A stretch of DNA of 64,000 nt. It comes from Octopus sinensis (taxonomy: Eukaryota). Shown here one piece after another: positions 13,141 to 27,891 of this stretch; the stretch's first letter is position 1, and every line of letters starts with the position of its first letter. The notes under the pieces are model-generated. The model was not told the origin of the DNA. It worked only from the letters and a program-made list of their open reading frames with translations, and ran no database searches. The DNA lies in the NCBI RefSeq assembly GCF_006345805.1, contig NC_043003.1:35650001-35714000 (forward strand), read 5' to 3'. Position numbers and translations under genes: made by a program.

Positions 13141-14154
13141 GCTATCTACAATGCTGTATGTTCCTCAAGCTCAAAAGTAAGGAATGAGAGAGAATGTCAA
13201 TGTCTACTCACGTCTACATAAGCACCTAAAATAATTAGCAGAAACATTGTATGTGTTCTTAGATCATCTTCATTGGCAAGGGAGAACGGGCTGTTCTTCA
13301 CATACCCAATATATTAAATACAACTTCTTGCACATATAGGCACACTGCTAGCTACGTACACTTTTTCATATACACACGATGTGTCCTTGATAGTATATTA
13401 AATTAAAACTAACTAGCAAGACTTAAATTGACTCTGAACTATATTATTTTAATATATAATGTCTTTATTTTGTTCATTCGTTTAAGATGTTCTTCCCGCC
13501 TTCTTTCTAAACCAAGTTCAAAGGACAGTAAATAACTTGACTAAAATGTGAGGTGGAAATCCACGAGATGGTAGAAAGCCAGATCAACTGCGTAATATTT
13601 ATGTTTCCATTCAGATTTGAATCAGATGTTACCGCATTTCCAGTTTCCACTCCTTTTCAGAATCATCAAACAACAAGCCAGTAATATGTTAGGATTCCTT
13701 CATCTACAAAGAATTAACTGTCTACTAAAAACCGAATCAATCATAATACACACTGACAATTTCATGGAATGTAGGGAAAAGAAGTCATAATATTTATTGC
13801 ATCTACCAAGAACTATTTTTTTTTTATGTTCATCAGAGATGAAGATGCCATTTCGGCGATAAAAGCCCAGTGACCTGACTAGCTTTTATTAAACGCTTTT
13901 AAAATAAGATGAAGTCTATTTGTAAGTGAAGAATAAAATTTCTATGATATTTTCCACACATTTTAGAAAGTAATGAAATAGTTATACATGTTGAAAAAAC
14001 AATTAAATATTTAGTTCGCCATGCTTATTGGATCTTGAATTTGAATCTAATTAGGATAAGCACGTGATGGTCGGTCTGCCATCACTCGTTATGCGGTAAA
14101 CCTATCATCCATACAACAAACACAGCACCAAATAGTTAATTATTGGTTGTTGTA

Positions 14155-14428
14155 GCACTGAGCAATTCTGTAGGTTTTTACTCCATTCTAAACGCTTTGC
14201 AACATTTTTTTCTCTTTTTTTTTTTTTTTTTTGAAAGTAGTGGTTTTCTGATTGCAGCCCTCCCATGAAATCCGGCTTTGTGCAGCTCTCGTCAAACAGT
14301 TTTTGTGGAAACTGGGTTGTCATTAAGCTCTGCAGTAATTTTGGGAGCTGTAATTTTGTGATCCTTTCTAACAATTCGCGTAAGAGTCTGACGCTCCCTA
14401 TCTGAAAGTTTTAGTTTTCTACAACAGA
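14155..14428 (-). mobile_element. Tc1/mariner transposase remnant (DNA-binding region)
   Basis: KLSDRERQTLTRIVRKDHKITAPKITAELNDNPVSTKTV*RELHKAGFHGRAAIRKPLLSK...NVAKRLEW is a Tc1-type HTH region with a stop and a frameshift. No TIRs found. Confidence 0.85.
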
Positions 14429-14454
14429 CAACAGACAGTTTTCTACAACAGACA

Positions 14455-14455
14455 A

Positions 14456-14536
<81 letters not shown>

Positions 14537-14545
14537 CAGATAGAC
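14455..14545. repeat. (ATAG)n microsatellite
   Basis: Directly visible. Confidence 0.95.
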
Positions 14546-14831
14546 AGGAATTCAAAGAAGCCCGTCTTGTGTGTGTGTAGGTGAGGTTAATTTAGAGGTT
14601 GCAACAACCGTGTAAGGGATATTTAGTATCCTATGAATCTACTGGTGTAGTGCCCATATTTAGTCATGACCATTGGTGTAAATGCTCATAAATAATAAGT
14701 AATGACGAAAGTAAACTGGAGTTTATCAATATTCAAAGGCAAACAGAAAATGGAGATACAATCAATCGATAACGGTTGATGGAAATCAGCTGATATCGAT
14801 TGATTGTATCTCCATTTTCTGTTTGTCTATG

Positions 14832-14905
<74 letters not shown>

Positions 14906-14924
14906 TGTGTATGCGTATCTCTAT

Positions 14925-15115
14925 ATCTGTGTTTGTCCCCCGTAAACCACCGGTGCTGGTGTGTTTAACTCCAATGGTTCAGCAAGAAAGACTGATAGTA
15001 TAAGTACAATACTTTAAAATAGTAAGCATTGGGGTCGATTTGATCGACTAAAACCATTCAAGGCAGTGATCCAGCATAGCTGCAGCCAAATGACTGAAAC
15101 AAGTAAAAGAATAAC
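14925..15115 (+). mobile_element. SINE family A 3' half
   Basis: gtgtttgtcccc...ggggtcgatttgatcgactaaa...aatgactgaaacaagtaaaag matches the 3' part of the 4180-4605 copy in the opposite orientation. Confidence 0.7.
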
Positions 15116-16252
15116 AGAATATAATAAAATCTCAGTGAAGCACAGTTGGAATATCGCTTATACTACGAGATCAAGTAAATGAATAAAGGTATTCTCGCAT
15201 GTGAGGGCAGCATTTCTATATTTTGTTCCAGATAACTGAGGTGTTTTTAATTTATTTGTTTATTTTCGACTCTAATCAGGCGTTTGTGAAATCTAAACAA
15301 CTTATCAGTAAGTAAATCTATGAAATTATGTGTCATCCTGATTAGAAAGAGTAAAGTAAGTTAATTAAATAAATCTAAATAATTAGTTAAGCTTACTAAT
15401 GAGGCAGGTCAAAATAGAAATTTTAAAAAATATATATATAAAAGGAAAATACAGTTTGAATTAGGTGAAAAAATAATTTGAAGCTAAATGGAAGATCCTA
15501 CAACAGATTACATTAACTGCGATTATTGAAGATCATGAGATGAATTCATCAAAGCCTGGTTAATTTGCTGGCAAACCGGGACGGCAACTTGGTTTCAATT
15601 TGCAGCGGAAATTGTCACATTCTATTTAAGCCTACACGAACGTCACAGATTGCATTTTACTCCCCGGAGCCTGTTAGGATTTATTCATCTACGAGAACAA
15701 CAATGTTAAGGTTCTTCATTTTTAACTATCATATGAATATGTGGCCACAGTTCGATATCCTTTAGTGAGCAATTCCTATTACAAAAGGATTTTCTCAGAA
15801 ATAGCGTTATGCCAAATCAGGCGACAAGAAGCAATGATATAGTAGTGTTATCACCTGGAAGTGTTCACCTGACTAGTAAAGATACTACGCCTTGCAGTAT
15901 ACCAAATGCATGTTATGAACACACCAACGACACTGTATTAGCAAATTTGGTTAGGCGTTCGAGCAAATGATTAATTTTTTAAGATGCAGCGTGTATTTTA
16001 AGGATAATTTCGATGCAGTTTTTTAGTAGCAAGGTGTCACGTAGCGGTTCCTTGTTTCTTCTTGTATTGCAAAGTTTAAATGAAGTAAATCACTACTTTA
16101 ATCAAAATTTGACTGCAAAAGCTAGCGCAGTATAATAGGAAAACAATAGAGTTGGTAAATATATCTCTGTTAACAGATGAAAGCAATGCACTTATCTGGA
16201 TTCTTAATATTTGGGGAATACTGACAAGCGTTCATTTTCCAACAAGAAAAGG

Positions 16253-16309
<57 letters not shown>

Positions 16310-17054
16310 GTGCAGATACACGGGATTGGTTGCATATCTATAGACATTCATACATATATTTAGGGAGATATTTAGATATATATGCAGAACTACTTACAGA
16401 ATTATGAACATGCTAGATTTTGACATAGAGTACAATAAAATAAATACATATAACATATAATAAAATAAGATTAAATGAAATAGGGTGAATAAATCAAACA
16501 TGGGGGTAATATTGTTCCTAAATATGTAGGGTTATTAATGTTCATTTAAAGTGGGGGGATATCAATATCTGGAGGAAAGAACAGTAAGTATAGAATTAAG
16601 TCCAAATTCAAACAATTGCCAACAAATACATCCGTGGTATAAAAGGGGATAGAAGACAAAAAAAAAAACGAAAAAGATAGATAAAGCTAAAATTGAAATT
16701 TAAATAAAATTTACAATTTGAAGTAGTTATCAGGGGTAAAACTAAGTTCTTTGTGTTCTGGAATACGTTATGATTGAAATAACTAGCATCAATACAAGGG
16801 ATTAGATGATAATAATATGGGGGAAAGGAAAATTGGTATAAAATGTAGATAGTTGATGTGTGGTGGTTAAAATATAAACTTAGGAATAGGTTAGGAGAAC
16901 GGGTTGTTTATATGAATACCTGCAAGAGCCTCGTTAATTACAAACAAGACAAACCATAATCAAGGAGTAAGGTATATATCCTACGATTTACTGTCAGAGG
17001 TACTATTTGTATGCTGTGGGATTATTGGTACTATTTATAGTGCTTCTAATGTTA

Positions 17055-17315
17055 CTCTTTTACTCTTTACTCTTTTACTGGTTTCATTCATTTGAATGTG
17101 GCCATGTTGTAGCACCGCCTTTAGTCGAGCAAACCGACCCCAGGACCTATTCTTTGTCAGACTAGTACTGATTCTATCGGTCTCTTATGCCGAACCGCAA
17201 AGTTACGGGGACCTAAACACACCAGCATCGGTTGTGAAGCGATGTTGGGGGGACAAACGCAGACACACAAACAAATACACACATGCACACACATACACAC
17301 ACATGTATATATATA

Positions 17316-17354
<39 letters not shown>

Positions 17355-17499
17355 TATACGACGGGCTTCTTTCAGTTACCGTCTACCGAATCCACTCACA
17401 AGGCTTTGGTCGGCTCGAGGCTATAGTAGAAGACACTTGCTAAGGTGCCACGCAGTGGGACTGAACCGGGAACCATGTGGTTCGTAAGCAAGCTACTTT
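17055..17499 (-). mobile_element. SINE family A
   Basis: Collinear with 4180-4605; the first ~20 nt of the head are missing. Confidence 0.85.
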
Positions 17500-18289
17500 A
17501 TCTTATATCATTTGCCATAAAGGCAGTACACAGATATGTAGCTTTGCGGGCTGGACAAGACATTAATGAGGTGAACGATAATAATACAAGATGATAACGA
17601 TGGGAGAAGACAGAAAGCACCCGCCGACCCTCTGCTTCTCTAAAACATTATTCGTTAAAAGCAACATATATAGAGGTATTAAACCTCTTACAAATATATA
17701 CAAGAAATTGGTCTAGAAGTCCCTCACAACGGAAACAAAATTTATACACATACATACATATGGAGGCGATAAACCTCTTACATTACTCACTCAATCAATA
17801 TTTTCTTTCTAAATTTTTTTTGCAGCAATCAGCATCGAGCCATTTCATTCGTTTCATAGCTATTATCACAAAAATTTACCACCATCTGACTGTCTCTTAC
17901 ACATTGTAGTCACATTTTTTTTTCTGGTCGTAATTCCTGCAAATGCTACCGTCACCGAAACAGACACCACAATCATTACCAGAATCTCTGTCATCTGAAT
18001 TTTATTTCCAATAATAGTAACAACAGCGTAAATAACACTGCAACCACCAATAAGAAAACTATCATTATCGTTGTCATCATCACAAGCAGAAACAACTACA
18101 TAAATACTCCAACGACAACAGCGTAAACAGCGAAACCTCATTCCGCATATTATACCGTACCACTTCTGACTCCACTGTAGCAAACTAGAACGCTACTGCT
18201 ACCGCTATTGCCATCACAAGGTTCGTACTGTTGAAAATATTCCGGGATATAACTTTTGTCACATTTACCATAATATACAATGCCATCTT

Positions 18290-18319
18290 CATCATAGTCG
18301 TCGTCGTCATCGTCGTCAC

Positions 18320-18352
<33 letters not shown>

Positions 18353-18425
18353 TATCATCATTATCATCATCATCATCATCATCATCATCATTATCATCAT
18401 TATCGTCGTCGTCATCATCATCATC

Positions 18426-18457
<32 letters not shown>

Positions 18458-18505
18458 CATCGTCGTCCTCCTCCTCCTCCTCATCATCATCATCATCATC
18501 ACCAC

Positions 18506-18564
<59 letters not shown>

Positions 18565-18570
18565 CTACCA
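18290..18570. repeat. (ATC)n compound microsatellite
   Basis: Directly visible; explains the poly-I and poly-M ORFs. Confidence 0.95.
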
Positions 18571-20469
18571 CCAACGATGTGACAATGGACAGCAAAATTA
18601 TTGCCAACTCCAGAACAAACAACTATGCTCTACCTAATTTTACGAATACAACCGTCTAACACTCATCAACATAGACACCATCAATCCATTGTAACAATAT
18701 TTATTGATGGTTTAACAACGTGATTACAGAAACTAACGTTTTCAGAAGCCAAATGGACTTTTAATCCAATCGTAAATAATTGTTCCATTCGAACGAACTA
18801 TCTACTCGCTAAACATTGAATTACAATCAAAGCGGCTAAGTGTTCTAGTATACATCTACGGAACTCCGTATATTCCATTGGAATGTCCAACTCTTGGGTG
18901 CTGACTTGGCAATATTCATTTATTCAATGTTGGGTTACCAGCTGCCTCTGCATGGAACTTTATTCTCTATGCCATAAATGTTCAATAGAAAGATTAAGGA
19001 TGATACAGCTTGGAACCAGTGCTGATTCCGGTGTTGTCGAAATGAATAAAGCCAAAACATACGCCACAAAGTAACGTGTTTAACTATTAAACATTTTCCC
19101 CAGCCACTGCTCAGGTCTGGTCAGGTACATTTTTTTCGACCCGATAAGAACGGAAAAAAAAAAAAACGATGTCACAACCCAGAAATTTTAACTCAGAAAG
19201 CTGGAACCATAACGAATGCGGTCATGCATTCTTATCTGACGGATAATATTTCAATAATATTTTACTTAATTAAGGCTTCAACGGTAATGGGAGTTGAACC
19301 GGACCTTCCTCTTGAGCAAACAAATGAAAAACTAAACGAATAGCTATTCCACATTTGTACCCTCGATCGATGCAAACCTTAAACAGACTGAATGAAACAT
19401 TGTGTGAGAAGATCAGCCCTTCAATGTGTAAATACAGTCAGCTTTGCGGTTGTCAGAATTTCCGTCAATACAATTTCATTTACAAAACATGTGGGGGACC
19501 TGAACCAAACGTATACATATGTTCATGCCCCATTTAAATCAGAGGCATAAACATCACAACAAAATGAACGATGTATATCACAATCATCTTCCGCATTACT
19601 CTCATTGTTCCATTGTTCCAATACTATCTCCACAGCTATTATTCTATTTTTGCTACAAACACAAATGTGTGTGTCATATTAGTCAACTTTACGACACGTT
19701 TACATTGAACTTACTACAGTAACTGAAAATAAAAAAGCCACTGTATCAACATGAGACCCAAGAATCATTGTACCGGCATAAAAACCAAGAAAGTGACCAT
19801 TACGTAGTCGCTAACGCTGCTAAGAAAATATACGTAAGCTTCCATTGAATTACGGCCTTCCTTAAAAAATGAATGGATACTTTAAATAATGTAATTATAG
19901 ATATATAAAATCACAAGACGGAATGTTCACAGCTAGTCGACCTTTGAATGTGTGAGGCAGAGATTGGCATATGTCATATAGTTATCTGAAAATATTAGAT
20001 TAGATGAAACTATCCTTACATCTACAGTTAAAATTCACTCTAGAAATCTAAAACCAATAAGCAAGGGTGATAACTCCAACAATAGCAACTATTGTCAGAT
20101 TTGTAGAAATATAAAACAATCTACTTAAAATTCTTTATTTTTCTCAGTGATGTTTCTTGAGAGATCCATTGTCTCAGTCTTTGAAACTCTTGTTTTCATT
20201 TCTACCTCATGTTGAATCGGCAGTCAACCAATCCAGAACATGTTGGTGGTCACTTTTTGTTGAGTCAAGAGTACCATGTCGTCCCGAGATATCAAGCGAC
20301 AGATCCCACAACCACCGATTATGATACCACTTACACAATGGCTGCACATGTCAATCAACTTCATAAAGATTATGAAAACGAGTGGTTACAAAACGCACCC
20401 TTGCTAGAGTCGAAAAACCAACGGTCAGCGATGTTGAGTAATAACGGAAAGAGTACAAATAGGAATACA

Positions 20470-20810
20470 AGCTGCTGAAAAGTGGTTCCACTGACAGACC
20501 TCTGGAGAAACATTATATGATAGGGTGCCTAATTCGAAGATCAAGGATTGTCGCCTGGTTATTCTGCTACTTCACCACATTGAGCGGTCATAGATCCGAC
20601 ATTCGAGAAAGGATCGAAGAAAAGACTCTTGAATCCGAGCCAACAAGCAAGACACCTAGGGGAAGAGCAAGAACTATATGGTTGAATAATATCCATAGTC
20701 TCAGATGGTCACGGCTGGAACCCAGCAATGAAGTTTAATGACGGTTGCTTCTGAGGGGATCCTATGATGCATGAGAACTCTACTCTGATACGCCGCCAAG
20801 GAATAGTGGC
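20470..20810 (+). mobile_element. Decayed RTE-clade LINE 3' fragment
   Basis: IEEKTLESEPTSKTPRGRARTIWLNNIHSLRWSRL resembles the RTE C-terminal K-R-P-R-G-R-P-R-x-R-W motif. Confidence 0.6.
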
Positions 20811-21014
20811 CAGTGAAGATGGACAAATTAAAAAACAGTATAACAATGAGTGTTTATTTTCGTGAATAAATAGGAGTTAATTCTATATAAGTCAACTCAT
20901 AGTTAGCAGAAAATGTAAGGGCGGTCACGAAAATATAAGATGTGATGGCAGCAAGAATAATATTTTCTCTTGCAGAGAATGAACGATTGGTATGTGAGTT
21001 TGAACTTATATATA

Positions 21015-21049
<35 letters not shown>

Positions 21050-21054
<5 letters not shown>

Positions 21055-21255
21055 TTTTATTCTTTTATTTTTCTTTTACATGTTTCGATCATTTGACTAT
21101 GGCCATGCTGGAGCACTGCCTTTAGTCGAACAAATCGACCCCAGGACTTAGTTTTTATAACCCAAGTACATAATTTATGTTGGTGTGTTTACGGGGACGT
21201 AAACACACCAACATCGGTTGACAGGTGATGGTGGGAGGACTAACACAGACCATAA
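21050..21255 (-). mobile_element. SINE family A 3' part
   Basis: catttgactatggccatgctggagcactgcctttagtcgaacaaatcgacccc...ggggacgtaaacacacc matches 4215-4400. Confidence 0.75.
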
Positions 21256-21258
21256 ATG

Positions 21259-21290
<32 letters not shown>

Positions 21291-23974
21291 ATATATACAT
21301 ACATACATACACACACACACTTATACATATATATTGCCCTGTTTCTAATTATATCATGTTACATATATATCTGTGTATATGTATTTATATACATATATAT
21401 AAACATATATTCATATATATATATATAGATATACATATATATATATATATTTATTTATTTATATATATATATATACATATTTATATATACTTATATAACT
21501 CTATCAATTCAGGGACGATACAACCGGTAGCCAACGAATTAGTAAAGTGACTCTCTTTATTAGAAAATGTAGACCACTTTTGAACGCATCTACAATAAAC
21601 GACACATCCATTATGACCTTAGTATAACTCAGACACAGACGTAAATATTTAAAATGAAGCATTGAAGAGATACCCAAGAATTCATTAAAAACAGTCCCAA
21701 TCACTGCTATAATCCACAACTAGTCACTTTTTGATCACCTGACCATTTAACATCTTACTACTATCGTACCACCTGCATTCCCTTATTATCTCTTCTCTTT
21801 CTCATTCTTCTTCTTCGTCTTCTTCCTTTCCGCTACCTTCTTCCTAACTTTACCACTATTGCTGTTTAGAATAACACCTACGCAAATATTATGAACAATA
21901 CATTCAAAAGAAATGTCTCAAGAATTCAATCACTACTACCATCCACAACAAGTCACTTTCAGGACACTTGACCATTGAACATCCTCCTACTATCATGGCA
22001 CTCCCGCGTTCTTCTCTTTCTCTTTCTCCTCTTCTTCCTCCACCTTCTTCTTCTTCTTCTTTTTCTTCTTCTCTGCCAAGTATTCACAACGATCTCGAAC
22101 CCACAAGATTAAACACGAGAGGCAGAGAAAGGCAGAAACAAAGAAAATGCCCCTTTTATTTGAATACTATGCAAATATTCTTTTAAAACACTTTTCTTTT
22201 AATTTTCCCAAAATTTAATTGTTTTCAATACTTACTGTTGAAAAAGTCTCAATGACTGAAACCGGTGCTGAAATTTTTTATAAAATTATTTTAGCATTTT
22301 CTACCTTAACTTTTTTTCCATATATATAAGTGTGTGCGTGTATGTGTGTGTATGTGTGTGTGTGAGTATACACATATATATATGTATATAATATTTATAT
22401 ATACTTATGTATATATATATGTATGTGTATGTGTATACACATATATATGTATATAATGATATTTATATATACGTATGTATATATATATATGTGTGTGTGT
22501 GTGTTCGTGCGTGTTGATTTTGTTGCTTAGATCTAGTTCAATCCTAATTAAGTTGATCTATTTATGATCAAAGACATTTCTTGCAGACCTGACTATCCTA
22601 CTTTTGCCTATATATTTGGAAATACATATCACAATTTCCAAAACGTAGTTTTCTAAGACAGCAGGATATTATTTGAGGGAGACTTAACTACTATTTCTAG
22701 AATGCCAACACTGCCATGATTGATGGTAAAATTGTTGCTGCCATCGTTATTGGCTGCAATGACAATAAATGTCACGTTGATGTGGCGACTTAGGTTCCTG
22801 TGGCTGGGGGCAGCAATTGTAGTGGTATTGACAGCATCATTTTTGTTATTTGTGGTGGAGGTAATGGTAATAGTGATAGCAGCGTTGAATGAGGCTGTAG
22901 TTGTTAACATTAGCACGTGCAGCGGTTCCTTTGCTGGGTTTGCTTCTTCTCTTTTTCAGGAAAGTGTTAGAGAGCCAGAGAGTCACGCTGACCATTCATC
23001 CCTTCATATCCATCTGCTCAACGAAGACGGTTCTTCTCCTTTCAGCAACTCCTCCTTCTTCATATTACTAACCTTCACTCATCGCTTCATTGACTGCTCT
23101 CACCACCACCCTAAGGGTTACAAAAAAAATGACAGAGGGAGAAGCGAAACAAAGACAAAAAGGCATTTTAAACAAATTCTCGGGCAATTTTCTAATTGAC
23201 CTTACAGGATGAGCAACAAGAAACTGTCCACTCATCTTTCCGTGTTGGTCAACCCTGCAACAAAAGAATCAATAACAATATCCCAGATGGGTAAAATCAG
23301 TAATACTTCGAACAACTTACGTAGCGTTGAAAACAACGTGACACGTAGACAGGAGCAGGGAATATACCCTCCTTGCATACACAACACAATGATCCCAATC
23401 CATCACACCTCTAGATTCTATAACTGCTATCACTACCGCAATTGATTCTATCATCACGACGACAACGGCCAACCAACAACAATACAAACACGGCTATTAA
23501 CAAACAACACTACTATACACAATATGTACAGATAAATCTTTCCTTCTACAACCATCACCACAAACATATGATACCACAAACAACAACAACACTACAACAC
23601 CACAACAGAAAAGCACTCACCCCCTTCAACGCAATTACCTTCATCCTACTGCCTATCTAAGTCTTATAACTAAATCCCCTGTTCATTCACGTCCACCACT
23701 GATTCCAATTTCACACGCAGGAAATTTATACCTTTTATAAAGCCAGTAGTGTCTAAAGCAGTTTGAAGGCCGCTACAGTGTACATATCGAGAGCTATGTA
23801 TTAATTAAATTTAAACCCTGCCAGTCTGCCTCTTTAGCCTTTCCCACCAGGGAGCCATGTTGTTGAACGATAGCGAGGCAAACACGTGATGCCGCAATTA
23901 CATTGACATCCCAGCCTACAATGATATCGATTACTAACATCCCACTTCGCCTGTCTTTCCTCTTCCTCATTCTT

Positions 23975-23978
23975 TCGT

Positions 23979-24031
<53 letters not shown>

Positions 24032-24430
24032 TTCTTCTTCTTCTTCTTTATCTTCTTCTTCTTCTTCTTCTTTATCTTCTTCTTCTTCTTCTTCTTCTTC
24101 TTCTTCTTCTTCTTCTTCTTCTTCTCCTCCGGCAGCAGCAGCGTTAGAAACACCATCACCACATTTGTCGACGCCGCAGCCACGAGAATGACGACCACGA
24201 GAACACGACAGCCAGCCACCACCACGACAACTATTACAACCACCACCACTACCACGATCATAACGATGACCACCAACACCAAAGCCAACCCTACCATTAA
24301 TACTAATGCTGTTGCTGCTGCGCCTTCTGTACCTTCTCTTCCCACTCCTACTCCTCCTACTCTACCATTACTACTGCTACTGCAACTTCTACCACCATCA
24401 CCACCACCACCACCACTAGTACTACTACTA

Positions 24431-24474
<44 letters not shown>

Positions 24475-24660
24475 ACCACCACCACCACCACCACCATTGG
24501 CATCGTCATCTCATTTTCATCCTCGTATTCATTTCTTCCCCTTCTTCGTTCCACCTCTTCGCTCCTCCTCTATCTCTTCATCTCCTCCCTCCTCCCTATT
24601 TTAATTCTTTTCCACGTCGTTGTCGTCGTCGTCGTCGTCGTCATCATCATCATCATCACC
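23975..24660. repeat. Compound (TTTC)n/(TTC)n/(CTA)n/(CTG)n/(CCA)n/(GTC)n microsatellite cluster
   Basis: Directly visible; source of the 233-aa low-complexity ORF. Confidence 0.9.
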
Positions 24661-26799
24661 ATCATCATCATCCCTAACAACGTCATCAACACCATAAACA
24701 CCAATTTCTTATTCACTCTCTTCTAGGTTGCCTGTTACACTGGGATTTTATTTATTGCATTACTCGCCTTGTCTTTTTCTCTTCCCAGTTTCCAAATGCC
24801 CATTATGTAATGATTACAACTATGATTAACACACCAGAATGTCATCCATATCATCATCCAACAGTTATTACCAACAACAGAACAATAAAGACCTTTTACA
24901 CTGGGTGCTCACCGCAGGAACAGTTTCCATTTCAGCACGGTTTTCACCTGGGGTTAAACACCATGAACAATCAATGACTATTAATTGATTAATAGGACAT
25001 TCTTATTCAGTATTTCTAATAATTCTTAATGGAAAGGCGGTATTATTCTTTCGTTTTTGGAAAACCAATGCACATATGGTTTACATACAGTATTATTGAG
25101 TATGTTAAGCTCGTCACAGTTGATGCTCATATTGAGCAATATATGTGTCGATGATTGCACGAAGGACATGGACTTGGAGGAGAATTCAGACAATAATCAC
25201 TGAGGGAGAAGAGGATTTGGTTATTAGCTACCCTATCTATGTTGAACACATGGAGGAAGTCTACACTCAGTGGTGATACTACAAATACGGAGAACAGATG
25301 TCCATAGACATCTGTATTTACGTAACAGATTGCATATTCTTATATTAGTATACCAATATGATAAGCAGTAGCAAGACATTCGGGTCAGCTTTTAACGAAC
25401 CCACGGAAATTTCGGGGCATATGATCATTAAGTGATACATTTTCCTATATATTTTCAGTTAAGATTTCCTATTAATTCAGTATGCATGTGCAACGTGCGT
25501 GTATGAATATTAGATGAGCTTCTTTTTTCTTTTATCTGAGACGACATAAGAACATACAGCAAAAGTTTGTTATATCCAGAAATTACCATGGATGCATAAA
25601 TCTGAAATGTATATGCAAATCTAACTTAAAAGTACTAGAGACATTGATGAAAAATTATACGCAGAATATATCAAGTTCTTTGGTGGCGGTATTTTGTGAA
25701 AATTATTCTTACTATAAAATAATCTGTAACTAGTGTCAACAGAAAAAGTAGAAAAATCAAAATAGGTCCATATAGAGAACACATCTGTTGTAATCGAATG
25801 TAGTAATGTAGTGACAAAAGGTTTTCGAAATGGAATTTACTCAAAAATATCAAGCGAACGTGATTTAACGTGGGTTTACATTTGCAGCTATTGTGTGTGT
25901 ATGCGCGCGTGTGTGCGTGTGTGTGTGTGTGTATCTGTCTGCCTGTCTGTGTGCGTGTGCATGTGTGAGTCCGTGTGACTGTGTATGTGTATATATACAT
26001 GTAAAGGGTTCGGGAAAATCCCTTTCTAACACGCTAAAAACAGAAACCAAATGGCACTGAAAACCACAGGGAAAAGATAAGGCGGTTTTTAGTGCCATTA
26101 ATTCAGCGTATTGCACAGTTTTTTCCCCCGATCGTTTTGATATATTTATCTATATAATTATAAATTTAGTATATAAAATTACCTACAAATTTTTATTTCA
26201 TGCTGACCACCTGATAAAATCATTAGCGGGATTTTATCCTTAAGAATATAAAGAATATCAATGTATATAAATATAAATATATGTGTGTGTGTATGTGTGT
26301 GTGTGTGTGTGTGGTGTGTGTGTGTGTGCAAGTATATTATATGTGTAACTGCTAAATATTTATCATAAAGGCATAAAAGGAAAAGAAAAAAATTAGATGA
26401 AGGTTCTAGTGACTAGAGTCTAGTCAATCAATTAAATATTTGTTTGATCAGTACATATTTTACGCATCTTAGCTGGTGGAAATACGTACTGAGTGAAATC
26501 AAATAAAATACCTCAATATATTACTCTACAGTTCTGTCAACAATTACTTTTATAACAAATCTGACATTAAAAAGAGAAAAAAACGAAAAGACAGAGTTAA
26601 CAAATTCTAGGAAGCTATCAACATCAATCCAGTAGCAACAACTCGTTTTTTTTACAACCAGCAATTTACGAAATATGAAGAATAGAAAGGATAGAAAATA
26701 ATTAGCTAAAAGTTAAGGGACACTGATTGTTGTTTCAAGGAAACATTAAATGTAAAGCTACTCTCTCTTTTTTATTTATTTTATTTTAATTTATTTTAT

Positions 26800-26978
26800 T
26801 TTATTTAAAAAATTTTTTTTTGTTCTTCTTTTTCCCTTTTACTATCCCTTTTGATCGAAAACCTACGCCACCTTTTTTTTTGTTTCTTTTGTTTTTTGCT
26901 TTTTTCATCCCCCAAAAGAAAAGCTCTACCTTGTAACTTGTCCCATCTGTGTGCAGCCCTGTGTGGCCAATAAAGAAA

Positions 26979-26980
<2 letters not shown>
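26800..26980 (+). mobile_element. 3' UTR fragment related to the Tx1-like element at 1-1332
   Basis: aaagctctaccttgtaacttgtcccatctgtgtgcagccctgtgtggccaataaagaaac is a diverged reverse complement of positions 5-65. Confidence 0.75.
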
Positions 26981-27033
<53 letters not shown>

Positions 27034-27229
27034 TTGCATGTATACAAAGAGGGAAAGAGAGAAAGAGAGAGATGAGGAAGAGATAAGAATATAGCAAAAG
27101 CTAAATCTCAGCACCATCGACCTCAAACAGCACACTCTATAGAAACAGTAGAATAATCCAGTGACTCCAGAACAAGCATCGGGATTTAGGAAAAACACGT
27201 GTTGCATGTAAAGTCCATCCTGAAACCGA

Positions 27230-27699
27230 TGAAAACATGTTGATAATAGAGCAATAACGATGATTAGGTCTCATGAGATTTTACTTTACAAATTGACCAT
27301 GAAATTCAAGCAAGACAATGGTGTATCATTATTCTGGACAAGGTGTCGAAAGAATGCATTATCTTCGATGTGGGTGTATCTCAAATGAATGCAATAGCGA
27401 AAGAACAAGGAAAAATGAAATACATGCTAAAGCTTAGGAAGGATAATCCGAAAACTGTGGAGGGTTTCCTCAAAAGTAATCCTTGTAGTTACAGTTGCCC
27501 TAGGTTCCAGTGCCAACAGAGTTGGTACTTTGCTTGTTGTGATCGATGTAACTACGAGAGTTGCTTTAATATAATTTATTACGAATAGCAAGGATTTTTC
27601 GAAAGGCTCCATATCTAAGGAAAATAGTTGTAACTCGGTATCAAGAACATTGATTCTAAATGTGACAGATTTGTGTATACCATTGTTGTTGTTGCTGTT

Positions 27700-27734
<35 letters not shown>

Positions 27735-27792
27735 GGTGGTGATGGTGGTGGTGGTAGTAATAGTAGTAGTAGTAGTAGTAGTAGTGGTAGTC

Positions 27793-27823
<31 letters not shown>

Positions 27824-27834
27824 TAGTGGTAGTC

Positions 27835-27891
<57 letters not shown>

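Noticed and set aside
18185-18659. 142-145-aa ORFs rich in I, M or H
   Set aside because: Translations of (ATC)n; the same applies to the YI, CV, HT, LLL and VVV ORFs throughout the track.
22720-23199. 159-aa ORF with a hydrophobic N-terminus
   Set aside because: The first half is a decayed trinucleotide tract and no domain is recognisable.
23903-24604. 233-aa ORF resembling a mucin or proline-rich protein
   Set aside because: Built entirely from compound microsatellites.
25285-25306. Perfect 9-bp hairpin acagatgtc-cata-gacatctgt
   Set aside because: A stem this short is expected by chance in 64 kb of AT-rich DNA.
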